The notes beneath the pieces are model-generated. The model had not been told where the DNA came from and searched no databases. It saw only the letters and a list, made by a program, of their open reading frames with translations. A stretch of 54,807 nucleotides of DNA from an uncultured virus (IMG/VR IMGVR_UViG_3300034407_002805) (lineage: Duplodnaviria; Heunggongvirae; Uroviricota; Caudoviricetes), in the IMG/VR virus record IMGVR_UViG_3300034407_002805. One strand, 5' to 3'. The first letter of the stretch is position 1. Every line of letters begins with the position of its first letter. A program made the translations under genes and the position numbers. This document shows positions 18,558-26,925 of this stretch, piece by piece.

Positions 18558-19374
18558 TATTGCAATCATAGGTCATGGGTACGTAGGTAAAGCTGTAGAT
18601 CATGGTTTTTCTACGAGTCAAGTTTCAAAATATATTGTAGACCCGATATACGGTTATCCTACTATCGAAGATCTTGTTGGTAAGATACGTTTAGACGCAG
18701 CTTTTGTCTGTGTACCTACGCCGTTTGGTGAAGATGGAAAGATTGACGCTTCGATCGTTAAAGATTCAGTACGTAAACTGTCTGGTGCTATGTGTCCGAT
18801 TGTAGTAAAGTCTACCACTACACCTGATGTTATTGAAGAACTTTATTTAGAAAATGAAAACGTAATTTACAACCCAGAGTTCTTGACAGAAAAGAATGCT
18901 TTACACGATTTTATCAATCCACCTATGCATGTTCTTGGTGGTAAGAGACAGTATACTAATAAAGTATTAGAACTCTATGAAAACTACTCGCAGTGCACAC
19001 CATGTCCAGCATACCACATGACTGCCAAAGAAGCGTCATTCGTAAAGTACGGAATCAATTCATTCTTAGCAAGTAAAGTCTTATGGTTCAATCAGTTTAA
19101 AGATGTAGTAGAAAACTGGGATGCTAAGTATAACGTAATTGTTAACGCCATAGGTACTGATCCACGTATTGGCCATAGTCATACACAAGTGCCAGGCCCA
19201 GACGGTAGAAAAGGTTTTGGTGGTGCTTGTTTCCCAAAAGATACAAATGCTTTCTGTGCTTTTGCTGAAGGTGACCTGCCAGTTCTTAAGAAGATTATCG
19301 AAGAAAACAATAAATACAGAAGTCAATATGAACTCGATGATCGTGAAAAAGAACAGAAAGTAAGTTATGTCTAA
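18547..19374 (+). CDS. ugd: UDP-glucose/GDP-mannose 6-dehydrogenase (short form)
   Basis: GHGYVG, CVPTP, KSTT, NPEFL, GFGGACFPKD with catalytic Cys; lacks the C-terminal domain. Confidence 0.85.
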   Translation: MSINIAIIGHGYVGKAVDHGFSTSQVSKYIVDPIYGYPTIEDLVGKIRLDAAFVCVPTPFGEDGKIDASIVKDSVRKLSGAMCPIVVKSTTTPDVIEELYLENENVIYNPEFLTEKNALHDFINPPMHVLGGKRQYTNKVLELYENYSQCTPCPAYHMTAKEASFVKYGINSFLASKVLWFNQFKDVVENWDAKYNVIVNAIGTDPRIGHSHTQVPGPDGRKGFGGACFPKDTNAFCAFAEGDLPVLKKIIEENNKYRSQYELDDREKEQKVSYV

Positions 19375-20563
19375 TTATGCGAGTATTATACCACTTATTG
19401 GCGGTGAAACAATCGCCATGCAAAATGTATTTAAGAAGAAACCGGAGTATATATTAAGCTATGAACCGTTTAAAGCAAACGATACTCACCTTGTTGAGTA
19501 CTATCAACGCAAAGTTCCCTATCATTTGTTGGGAGACAACGGGGTGGACAACCTACCTAGTGTCGATGTTGTTAATACCGTATGTCCTTGTGCTGGGCTT
19601 AGCAGTCTTAGTACTACAGCATCTACTAATTCTGCTGCTAACGATTGGATGCCTACCACAGCTCGTTATGTTTTGGGTACACTCTCACCTCGAGTATTCT
19701 GGGGCGAGAACGCACCAAGACTCGCTTCAGCGATGGGACAACCTATTGTCGAAAATCTCCGAGAAATCGGTAAAGAGTTTGGATACACTTTCAGCATTTT
19801 TAAAACGAAGTCTATCCTTCATGGATTGAGTCAAGTCAGGGATAGAACGTTTTATTTCTTTTGGAAAGGTGATAAAGTACCAGTCTTTGAATATATAAAA
19901 AGGGAACACGAAAAAATAGAAGACACGATACGTTCCGTGAAACGTGATCCACAGGATCCAATGAATGTACTTACTAATAAACGTGTTCCATCTGAAGATC
20001 CTTTTTATCGTTATATTCTAGAAGAACTAGAAAACAATGTTAGCCACAGCCAGTTTCAAGAAAAGTTGACAAAGTCGACTGATGCACTTTGGTACATAGA
20101 ACAACACGTTACCTATGATAAAGTTGCTAAGTGGATGGATAAGAATGGTTTTGATAAAAAAGCTGAACGCTGTCGTACTATGTATGAAAAGTTAAAGGCT
20201 GGTGGTAATGTAATGAGAAGAGGTGTGTACGTGCCTAAAGACTACATAGGTGCGTTTGTAGGCGCACTACCTACAATGTGTACACACCCAGATGAAGATA
20301 GATTTCTAACTATTAGAGAATGTTTAAGCATTATGAAATTACCTAATGATTTTATATTACAAGGTGGTCTTAAAAACTTAAATCATATATGTCAAAACGT
20401 TCCTGTCAACACTGCAATGGACATGGCTGAACACGTACTGAAATATCTCGATGGAAGACTCGATAACCGTATGATCGACACAGATTACTTAGTACAAGAT
20501 AATAAGAATATGACATTGAATTACAAAAAAGATAGTGTACAACTTGACGCATTTATGGTATAA
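19367..20563 (+). CDS. C5-cytosine DNA methyltransferase-like protein
   Basis: PCAGLS (IV), ENAP (VI), QVRDRTFY (VIII), RFLTIREC (IX), QNVP (X); motif I is atypical (IPLIGG). Confidence 0.75.
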   Translation: MSNYASIIPLIGGETIAMQNVFKKKPEYILSYEPFKANDTHLVEYYQRKVPYHLLGDNGVDNLPSVDVVNTVCPCAGLSSLSTTASTNSAANDWMPTTARYVLGTLSPRVFWGENAPRLASAMGQPIVENLREIGKEFGYTFSIFKTKSILHGLSQVRDRTFYFFWKGDKVPVFEYIKREHEKIEDTIRSVKRDPQDPMNVLTNKRVPSEDPFYRYILEELENNVSHSQFQEKLTKSTDALWYIEQHVTYDKVAKWMDKNGFDKKAERCRTMYEKLKAGGNVMRRGVYVPKDYIGAFVGALPTMCTHPDEDRFLTIRECLSIMKLPNDFILQGGLKNLNHICQNVPVNTAMDMAEHVLKYLDGRLDNRMIDTDYLVQDNKNMTLNYKKDSVQLDAFMV

Positions 20564-20564
20564 T
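20536..20564 (+). promoter_or_regulatory. Promoter upstream of uvsX
   Basis: TGTACA-N17-TATAAT. Confidence 0.6.
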
Positions 20565-20565
20565 A

Positions 20566-20730
20566 ATGGATGATTTAGCGGACAAACTAAAAGTTGTTTT
20601 GCAAGAACTTAGTGATGTTATGAAACAACGTAAAGATAAGATCGAAGAAATACGTAATCAAATAACAGTACTTGAAAATATGAATGAAGATCTTGATCGC
20701 AAGATCAGTGAAATAATGAGGGACTTTTAA
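20566..20730 (+). CDS. Small coiled-coil protein (54 aa)
   Basis: MDDLADKLKVVLQELSDV...; TAATG overlap with uvsX. Confidence 0.5.
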   Translation: MDDLADKLKVVLQELSDVMKQRKDKIEEIRNQITVLENMNEDLDRKISEIMRDF

Positions 20731-21776
20731 TGTCAATAATGGACAAACTAAAAAAGAATAGTAAGATCAAAGAAACTTCTATTCTTGCAGATTCTAAATT
20801 CTTTACAGAAAAAGATATGGTTGCAACCGACGTACCAATGATGAACGTTGCACTATCTGGTTCTGTTGACGGTGGGTTGGCGCCAGGTCTTACTGTGCTT
20901 GCCGGTCCATCCAAACATTTTAAAACTTCGTTTGGTCTTATCATGGCCAGCGCTTACTTGAAAAAATATAAAGATGCCGTGCTTCTGTTCTATGATTCAG
21001 AGTTTGGTTCACCGCAAGCTTACTTCCAACAGTTCGATATTGATACAGAACGTGTACTACACACGCCTATTACTAATGTAGAAGAACTAAAGTTTGATAT
21101 TATCGCACAGATGGAAGGTCTCGATCGCAACGATAAAGTTATTGTGATGATCGATTCAGTCGGCAACCTTGCATCGAAAAAAGAATTAGAAGATGCTATC
21201 AACGAAAAGTCGGTTGCTGATATGTCACGTGCCAAAGCACTCAAAGGCTTGTTCCGTATGACTACACCATATTTAAATATGAAGAACATCCCATTGATTG
21301 CTGTAAATCATACGTACATGGAGATTGGTTTATTTCCAAAAGCAATCGTGTCAGGTGGCACGGGTATTTACTACTCAGCTGATAACATCTGGATTCTTGG
21401 TCGTCAACAGGACAAGCAGGGCACAGAGATTAAAGGTTATCACTTTGTAATTAACGTGGAGAAATCAAGGTATGTCAAAGAAAAGTCTAAAATACCTATT
21501 AGCGTGTCTTGGGATGGCGGTGTTCAGTCTTACAGCGGCTTACTCGACGTCGCCCTTGCAGGCAATTACGTTGCTAAGCCTAGTAACGGTTGGTACTGTC
21601 GTGTTGATCGAACTACTGGAGAACTCATCGATCCAAAAGTACGAGAGAAAGACACCTTGGAAGAACAATTCTGGTTACCAATCTTTGAGTCCACGGATTT
21701 CAAAGATTACATTAAATCCAAATTTGCCATCGGAGGAAAGAGCGTCAATGAGCTTGTACTCGAAGATACCGCATAA
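20730..21776 (+). CDS. uvsX: UvsX RecA-like recombinase
   Basis: AGPSKHFKT, FYDSEFG, DSVGNLASKKE, SGGTGIYYSAD. Confidence 0.96.
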   Translation: MSIMDKLKKNSKIKETSILADSKFFTEKDMVATDVPMMNVALSGSVDGGLAPGLTVLAGPSKHFKTSFGLIMASAYLKKYKDAVLLFYDSEFGSPQAYFQQFDIDTERVLHTPITNVEELKFDIIAQMEGLDRNDKVIVMIDSVGNLASKKELEDAINEKSVADMSRAKALKGLFRMTTPYLNMKNIPLIAVNHTYMEIGLFPKAIVSGGTGIYYSADNIWILGRQQDKQGTEIKGYHFVINVEKSRYVKEKSKIPISVSWDGGVQSYSGLLDVALAGNYVAKPSNGWYCRVDRTTGELIDPKVREKDTLEEQFWLPIFESTDFKDYIKSKFAIGGKSVNELVLEDTA

Positions 21777-22068
21777 AGAAAACGTAACTTATTCACTTGT
21801 CCCTGGAGAAAGTGGTGACCAACATTGGTTAGTGAGATTTACTGAAGGTCCATTTGCTGAAACAGTAATTCAGTACGGTGCCATCAAGCTAATACCTGAA
21901 GATGACGGTAAAATCTCATTTAACTTTTTTGTTGAGTCATCACCGGATCCAAACTTGACGAGTGAAGACGTAGATTTACAGTTATGGTCAGGTGATGTAC
22001 TCGAAGAAATATTAAGACAATCACTTGAAGAAGGATCAGCACAAATATTTGAAGAACCTACTCAATGA
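21748..22068 (+). CDS. Conserved hypothetical protein (position of T4 gp40)
   Basis: Start at MSLYSK; sits between uvsX and gp41. Confidence 0.6.
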   Translation: MSLYSKIPHKENVTYSLVPGESGDQHWLVRFTEGPFAETVIQYGAIKLIPEDDGKISFNFFVESSPDPNLTSEDVDLQLWSGDVLEEILRQSLEEGSAQIFEEPTQ

Positions 22069-22490
22069 AAATTTTAATATGTGGTTTGCCTGGCTCAGGT
22101 AAATCTACACTTGCAGAGCCACTCTCTCGATTATTAGATGGAGTATGGATAAACGCTGATGAAGTACGTACACATTATGATGACTGGGATTTTTCAATTG
22201 AAGGTAGAATAAGACAAGCTGAAAGAATGTCTTATATTGCTGATGGGGTTGTTATGGCAGGTAAAATTGCTATAGCAGATTTCATAGCACCTACTGAAAA
22301 AATGCGTGAGATATATGATCCTAATTATTTAGTATGGATTGATACAATTGATAATTCAGGATTTCCAGATACTGATGCAATGTTTGAACCACCTTCTAAT
22401 CCAAACTATCACGTAAGTAAATGGTTTGATGATACTCATACTCAGCTTTTGGAAATCGTTTCGAATTGGATGAAGCGTAATGAAATTTGA
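22065..22490 (+). CDS. Adenylylsulfate (APS) kinase-like P-loop kinase
   Basis: GLPGSGKST, NADEVR, DWDFSIEGRIRQ, FIAP, FEPP. Confidence 0.75.
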   Translation: MKILICGLPGSGKSTLAEPLSRLLDGVWINADEVRTHYDDWDFSIEGRIRQAERMSYIADGVVMAGKIAIADFIAPTEKMREIYDPNYLVWIDTIDNSGFPDTDAMFEPPSNPNYHVSKWFDDTHTQLLEIVSNWMKRNEI

Positions 22491-22836
22491 TCCTACTAAA
22501 CCAACTTCGCAAATGTTAGGTAGATTTCAACCTTGGCATAGTGGACACACTGAACTTTTTAAAAAGATTCATGCTGAAACTGGTCAAGTAATTATTATGA
22601 TAAGAGATACTATAATTGATAAAAATAATCCTTATCATAAATTAGAAGTAAAAGAAAAAATTACTTCAACACTCATAAATGAAGGGTTTACTTTCTGCAT
22701 AGATTTTGATATAATGGTAGTACCAAACATAACTAACATTGGTTATGGTCGTAACGTTGGTTATACTATGACTAAATATAAACTTGATGATGATATAGAA
22801 AAAATATCGGCAACGGATATACGGAATGCAAGCTAA
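22480..22836 (+). CDS. HxGH nucleotidyltransferase (cytidylyltransferase-like)
   Basis: GRFQPWHSGH, NPY, YGRNVGY, ISATDIR. Confidence 0.8.
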   Translation: MKFDPTKPTSQMLGRFQPWHSGHTELFKKIHAETGQVIIMIRDTIIDKNNPYHKLEVKEKITSTLINEGFTFCIDFDIMVVPNITNIGYGRNVGYTMTKYKLDDDIEKISATDIRNAS

Positions 22837-24202
22837 TCTCGAATTAACTATCTTACGCAACATATTAACAGACGAAAAATATATGCGTAAGGTGTTACCT
22901 TTCGTCAAACCAGATTACTTTGAAGGGATTTATCGTATCCTATTTAAAGAGGCTGGTAAGTACGTTGGAAAATATAATAAACTTCCAACTGCAGAATCAT
23001 TTAAAGTTGAGATCGATCAGTCAGATAGACTTAGTGGTGAAAACTACACGGTAGCAGTTGACCTTGTGCCACAGTTATTTTCGAAAGAAAAGATTGATGA
23101 ACAGTGGCTTGTTGATACTACAGAAAAGTGGTGCCAAGATCGAGCGATATATAATGCTATCATGGAATCTATATCGATCATCGATGGAAAGCATGAAACT
23201 CTAACTAAGGGAGCGTTACCTGACCTGCTTTCCAAAGCATTAGGTGTAGCGTTTGATACAAACGTTGGCCACGACTACATTGAAAACCAAGAAGAACGAT
23301 ACGAATTTTATCACCAACAAGAAGATCGCATTCCTTTCGACCTGGAATACTTTAACAAGATCACCAAAGGTGGTGTTCCTAATAAAACACTTAATATTGC
23401 TTTGGCAGGCACTGGTGTTGGCAAGTCTCTTTTTATGTGCCATGTTGCTGCTTCGGCTCTTGTACAGGGTAGGGACGTTCTTTATATAACGATGGAAATG
23501 GCGGAAGAAAGAATCGCCGAACGTATTGATGCTAACTTACTTAACACACCTATCGATCAACTTACGAATCTATCGAAAGAAATGCATAGAACTAAAGTTG
23601 AAGACATAGCGCGTAAGACTACAGGTAAGTTGATTATTAAAGAATATCCTACTGGCTCTGCACACACCGGTCACTTTCGTGCATTGCTCAATGAATTAAA
23701 ACTAAAGAAGCAGTTTGAACCACAGATTATTTTTATTGATTATCTTAATATCTGTGCTTCTTCTCGCATGAAAGGAATGGGTGGTGCAATCAACTCCTAC
23801 AATTACATTAAAGCAATTGCTGAAGAATTACGTGGCCTTGCGGTCGAGTTCAACGTACCGCTCTTCTCTGCAACGCAAACGACTCGTTCTGGTTATAGTA
23901 ACTCGGATGTTGGGCTTGAAGATACGTCCGAGTCTTTTGGATTACCCGCGACCGCGGACTTAATGTTTGCTATTATATCTACAGAAGAATTACAAAACCG
24001 TGGTCAAATGATGGTCAAACAATTGAAGAATAGATATAATGACCCAGTGGCAAACAGGCGTTTTGTGATTGGTGTTGATCGATCTAAGATGCGTTTATAT
24101 GACGTAGATGAAAGTGAACAGGATCTTACTGACGATACGCCAGTTTTTGAGAAAACACAAGCACACGAAGAAATGTCAAAATTTAAGGATTTCAAGCTAT
24201 GA
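22826..24202 (+). CDS. 41: Replicative helicase gp41 (DnaB-like)
   Basis: AGTGVGKS, ITMEMAEE, IKEYPT, IDYLNIC, ATQTTR, SESFGLPATAD. Confidence 0.96.
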   Translation: MQANLELTILRNILTDEKYMRKVLPFVKPDYFEGIYRILFKEAGKYVGKYNKLPTAESFKVEIDQSDRLSGENYTVAVDLVPQLFSKEKIDEQWLVDTTEKWCQDRAIYNAIMESISIIDGKHETLTKGALPDLLSKALGVAFDTNVGHDYIENQEERYEFYHQQEDRIPFDLEYFNKITKGGVPNKTLNIALAGTGVGKSLFMCHVAASALVQGRDVLYITMEMAEERIAERIDANLLNTPIDQLTNLSKEMHRTKVEDIARKTTGKLIIKEYPTGSAHTGHFRALLNELKLKKQFEPQIIFIDYLNICASSRMKGMGGAINSYNYIKAIAEELRGLAVEFNVPLFSATQTTRSGYSNSDVGLEDTSESFGLPATADLMFAIISTEELQNRGQMMVKQLKNRYNDPVANRRFVIGVDRSKMRLYDVDESEQDLTDDTPVFEKTQAHEEMSKFKDFKL

Positions 24203-24408
24203 TTTATAGAGGACCAGGAATTAGTACGTATTGGGGAAGCGATGAGTATGAAGATCGCAGAGCTGAAGTTATGAAAAATGAATTAGGCTTTTATATCGAT
24301 ATGTACAGAAAAGATAAGCTCGTTGAATCTAGGCCTCTATACGAACACAGCCAAATGTATGCAGAAAGTGCTGCAGAAAATTATGTTATGGGAATTCTTA
24401 ATCCATGA
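24199..24408 (+). CDS. Hypothetical protein
   Basis: ORF with ATGA overlaps; YAESAAENYV motif. Confidence 0.7.
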   Translation: MIYRGPGISTYWGSDEYEDRRAEVMKNELGFYIDMYRKDKLVESRPLYEHSQMYAESAAENYVMGILNP

Positions 24409-25073
24409 ATGTACGATTAATTAGTTATAGCAAACCTCCGGAGGAAATCTATGTTGGGGAAAATATCCAAGAACTCATTGCGTATACAGCCCGTGTCTCG
24501 AACCCATCGAACCAAGACAACACCGAAACGTCAGAAAGATTACTACGATACCTCATTAGAGAAAAACACTGGTCGCCATTTGAAATGGTTAGCGCTTGCT
24601 TGGAAGTAACAACAACTAGAGACATTGCTCGACAACTCTTAAGACATAGGTCGTTTTCTTTTCAAGAGTTTAGTCAAAGATATGCAGACCCTACACAAGA
24701 TCTTAAATTTCAATTGAGGGATGCTCGTTTACAAGATACCAAAAATAGACAAAATAGTATCGATACAGATGATACAGATTTACAGTTAGAATGGTTTAAA
24801 CAACAATCGGAGGTAGTGAATGTTTCAAAGAAAGCATATGGGTGGGCAATTGAAAAAGGTATCGCCAAAGAACAGGCTCGATCAGTTTTACCGGAAGGTA
24901 TTATGGAATCTCGATTGTATGTTAACGGAACCATCAGGTCCTGGATTCATTATATCGAATTACGCAGCGGTCATGGCACACAAAAAGAACACATACAACT
25001 CGCAGTAGAATGTGCGAAAGCTTTAGAACCTATCTTTCCTATGATTATGGAGTTTTGTAATGAAAAAAATTAA
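24405..25073 (+). CDS. thyX: Flavin-dependent thymidylate synthase
   Basis: HWSPFE, RHRSFSFQEFSQRY (RHRx7S), ARSVLP, TQKEH. Confidence 0.95.
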   Translation: MNVRLISYSKPPEEIYVGENIQELIAYTARVSNPSNQDNTETSERLLRYLIREKHWSPFEMVSACLEVTTTRDIARQLLRHRSFSFQEFSQRYADPTQDLKFQLRDARLQDTKNRQNSIDTDDTDLQLEWFKQQSEVVNVSKKAYGWAIEKGIAKEQARSVLPEGIMESRLYVNGTIRSWIHYIELRSGHGTQKEHIQLAVECAKALEPIFPMIMEFCNEKN

Positions 25074-25362
25074 CTATAAATTTAATGAAAAAGAATTAAT
25101 AAAAGAGTTTCAAGAATATATTGATTCAACGTATAGCGGACACTACTCAAAAGATAACTTTCAAGCTACTGAGTTTATTATTGACGGCGGCCATGGCACT
25201 GGGTTCTGCATTGGTAATGTACTAAAGTACGCACAAAGATATGGTAAAAAAGGTATGGCTTCAGATGCTAGAAAAGATTTAATGAAAGTCTTACACTATG
25301 CTTTGATTCAATTATACGTTCATGATGTTGAAGAAGACTTGCCGTTGTTTGATAGACGCTGA
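25060..25362 (+). CDS. DUF3310-like protein
   Basis: HYS...FCIGNVLKYAQRYGKK...DLMKVLHY. Confidence 0.7.
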   Translation: MKKINYKFNEKELIKEFQEYIDSTYSGHYSKDNFQATEFIIDGGHGTGFCIGNVLKYAQRYGKKGMASDARKDLMKVLHYALIQLYVHDVEEDLPLFDRR

Positions 25363-25511
25363 CATTCAACCTTGAAATTTTTCCTAGTAATATCCATAAA
25401 GGTTTCGTATACTCTTTCTCTATGATACTCACAAGTCTCTAAGTCTTTGTAAGTCAAGTGATCAAAGTTATATACATTAGCTCCTATGTGGATAAGAATC
25501 GCGTACAGCAT
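25320..25511 (-). CDS. Small hypothetical protein with Cys pair
   Basis: Hydrophobic N-terminus; YKDLETC...VEC. Confidence 0.55.
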   Translation of the reverse strand: MLYAILIHIGANVYNFDHLTYKDLETCEYHRERVYETFMDITRKNFKVECQRLSNNGKSSSTS

Positions 25512-25663
25512 GACTTGTATCTCTCTTTAATTGACATAGATTTTTCTTCTAGTTTTGTTCTTTTATAGGGTACATCAAATCTTTCTACCATTTCATAAGC
25601 GTATGCACCAAAGAATAAACACCAAAGTAAGTAAGCAATTATAATCCAAAAGACATAAATCAT
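25484..25663 (-). CDS. Small membrane protein (59 aa)
   Basis: MIYVFWIIIAYLLWCLFFGAYAYE...; ATGA overlap with the upstream gene. Confidence 0.45.
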   Translation of the reverse strand: MIYVFWIIIAYLLWCLFFGAYAYEMVERFDVPYKRTKLEEKSMSIKERYKSCCTRFLST

Positions 25664-26136
25664 GCGTATGTTAGAGCTAAGATAAATGCTCCTCCACCAA
25701 TTACTATACAGCCTACAACTATAGCAATCATTTTCATTTGTTCCCAGAACTCTTGTTCTTCTTTTCGTTTTTGTATTGCTCTAAGTCTACGAGCTTCTTT
25801 TTCTTCTTGTATTCTTTTAGCTCTAAGATCTAATATGCTTTGCCACGTGCCAGGACCAAAGCGCATGTCAACTAGAGTTCTCATCTCTTGTAGTTTTTCT
25901 TCGGCTAGTTTAGCGTCAATTACTTCTTGAGCTACACTGTTAATACCGAATTGGTCCTTTATATTAACGCCTGATTTTTTGTTTCTTTGTTTTTGGCAAT
26001 CTTCAGCACCTTGGAACAATCCATCGATTGCACCAGCGATTTCTCCAATGTCTTTTGCAGTATCAATATTCGACTTAATAAAATCAACACTTGACTTTAC
26101 CAATGCTATGCCGGCTAAAACTTCTGCGACGACCAT
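25660..26136 (-). CDS. Hypothetical coiled-coil protein with C-terminal TM
   Basis: 158-aa ORF with AGG RBS, downstream of a minus-strand late promoter. Confidence 0.75.
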   Translation of the reverse strand: MVVAEVLAGIALVKSSVDFIKSNIDTAKDIGEIAGAIDGLFQGAEDCQKQRNKKSGVNIKDQFGINSVAQEVIDAKLAEEKLQEMRTLVDMRFGPGTWQSILDLRAKRIQEEKEARRLRAIQKRKEEQEFWEQMKMIAIVVGCIVIGGGAFILALTYA

Positions 26137-26207
26137 TTCGATCTACCTATGTTAAAGTTAGATAGATATAAATCAAACAGTAATATAATATATTCCACTC
26201 TCACTAA

Positions 26208-26215
26208 TATTTATA
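26208..26215 (-). promoter_or_regulatory. Late promoter (leftward)
   Basis: TATAAATA on the minus strand. Confidence 0.6.
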
Positions 26216-26251
26216 TTTACATTCAACACTACTTGTGGTATAATATAAATA
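26216..26251 (+). promoter_or_regulatory. Tandem early and late promoter for tmRNA
   Basis: TTTACA-N17-TATAAT (26216-26244) overlapped by TATAAATA (26244-26251). Confidence 0.7.
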
Positions 26252-26254
26252 TAA

Positions 26255-26520
26255 TTGAAGATGCTAGAAGGTAGACTGGACTCGGGGGCAGTACCCGACG
26301 CCTCCACCAATATTCACCGGCCGGTGCATGCTTATGGGGGCGAAATAGGATCGACAGATGCTGGAGTCTTCAAGAAGTAAATGCAAACGATAACGTTGCA
26401 CAACCTAAGTTTATGAAGAAGCGTAACACCTTCGCTCGTAAAGTTGGGTTTACTAAAGGTATGGCCTTAGCTGCCTAGTCCTTACGGGCCCGCCGGAGCC
26501 TGGGAACAGAATCCGGCACA
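26255..26520 (+). ncRNA. ssrA: Two-piece (circularly permuted) tmRNA, alphaproteobacterial type
   Basis: Acceptor piece ends TCGGG-GGCAGTA-CCCGA-CGCCTCC-ACCA (26309); coding piece starts GGGGGCGAAATAGGATCGAC (26336); 7-bp acceptor stem with G3.U70; tag ANDN...ALAA-stop at 26383-26478. Confidence 0.93.
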
Positions 26521-26542
26521 CACCTTTTTAATAGGAAACATA

Positions 26543-26923
26543 ATGCAAAAATTTACAAAAGAAATGATTATCGCATTCATATTTGGAATCGCAGTCATAG
26601 TAGGTTCTAACTTAGCATTTGCACAACCAAAGCAAGGTATCGAATGGCGAGAAAAGCCGGTACAGTGTGGGCCTGAAAAAGAATTTTGGCCAGTACTAAA
26701 TCAACACGGCGAAAAAGCTTTACTTGGAGCAATAGCAAAACTTGAAGGCCCAGGTAAACCTACAACTTATTTACCAGTCTACGTGTTTACGAATATAGAC
26801 ACAGGAACTTTTACAATTGCAGAGTTTCATCTACACACTAGTGAAATTTGTATCATTAGTTATGGCAGTGGTATTGACTTTGACGTACAAAAATATTTTG
26901 AAGAGGAAAAGTCTGGAACGTAG
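26543..26923 (+). CDS. Hypothetical exported protein
   Basis: Signal peptide ending AFA; PVQCG...C Cys pair. Confidence 0.7.
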   Translation: MQKFTKEMIIAFIFGIAVIVGSNLAFAQPKQGIEWREKPVQCGPEKEFWPVLNQHGEKALLGAIAKLEGPGKPTTYLPVYVFTNIDTGTFTIAEFHLHTSEICIISYGSGIDFDVQKYFEEEKSGT

Positions 26924-26925
26924 AA

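Noticed and set aside
21472..21747. N-terminal extension of the 198-aa ORF overlapping uvsX
   Set aside because: Shadow frame within uvsX; the likely start is the ATG at 21748 after a GGAGG
9929..24202. Inteins or group I introns in gp43, uvsX and gp41
   Set aside because: ORFs are continuous and of normal length, with no intein or homing-endonuclease motifs
26278..26309. tRNA-Ala-like 3' end (T-arm plus CCA)
   Set aside because: No D or anticodon arm upstream; it is the acceptor piece of the permuted tmRNA
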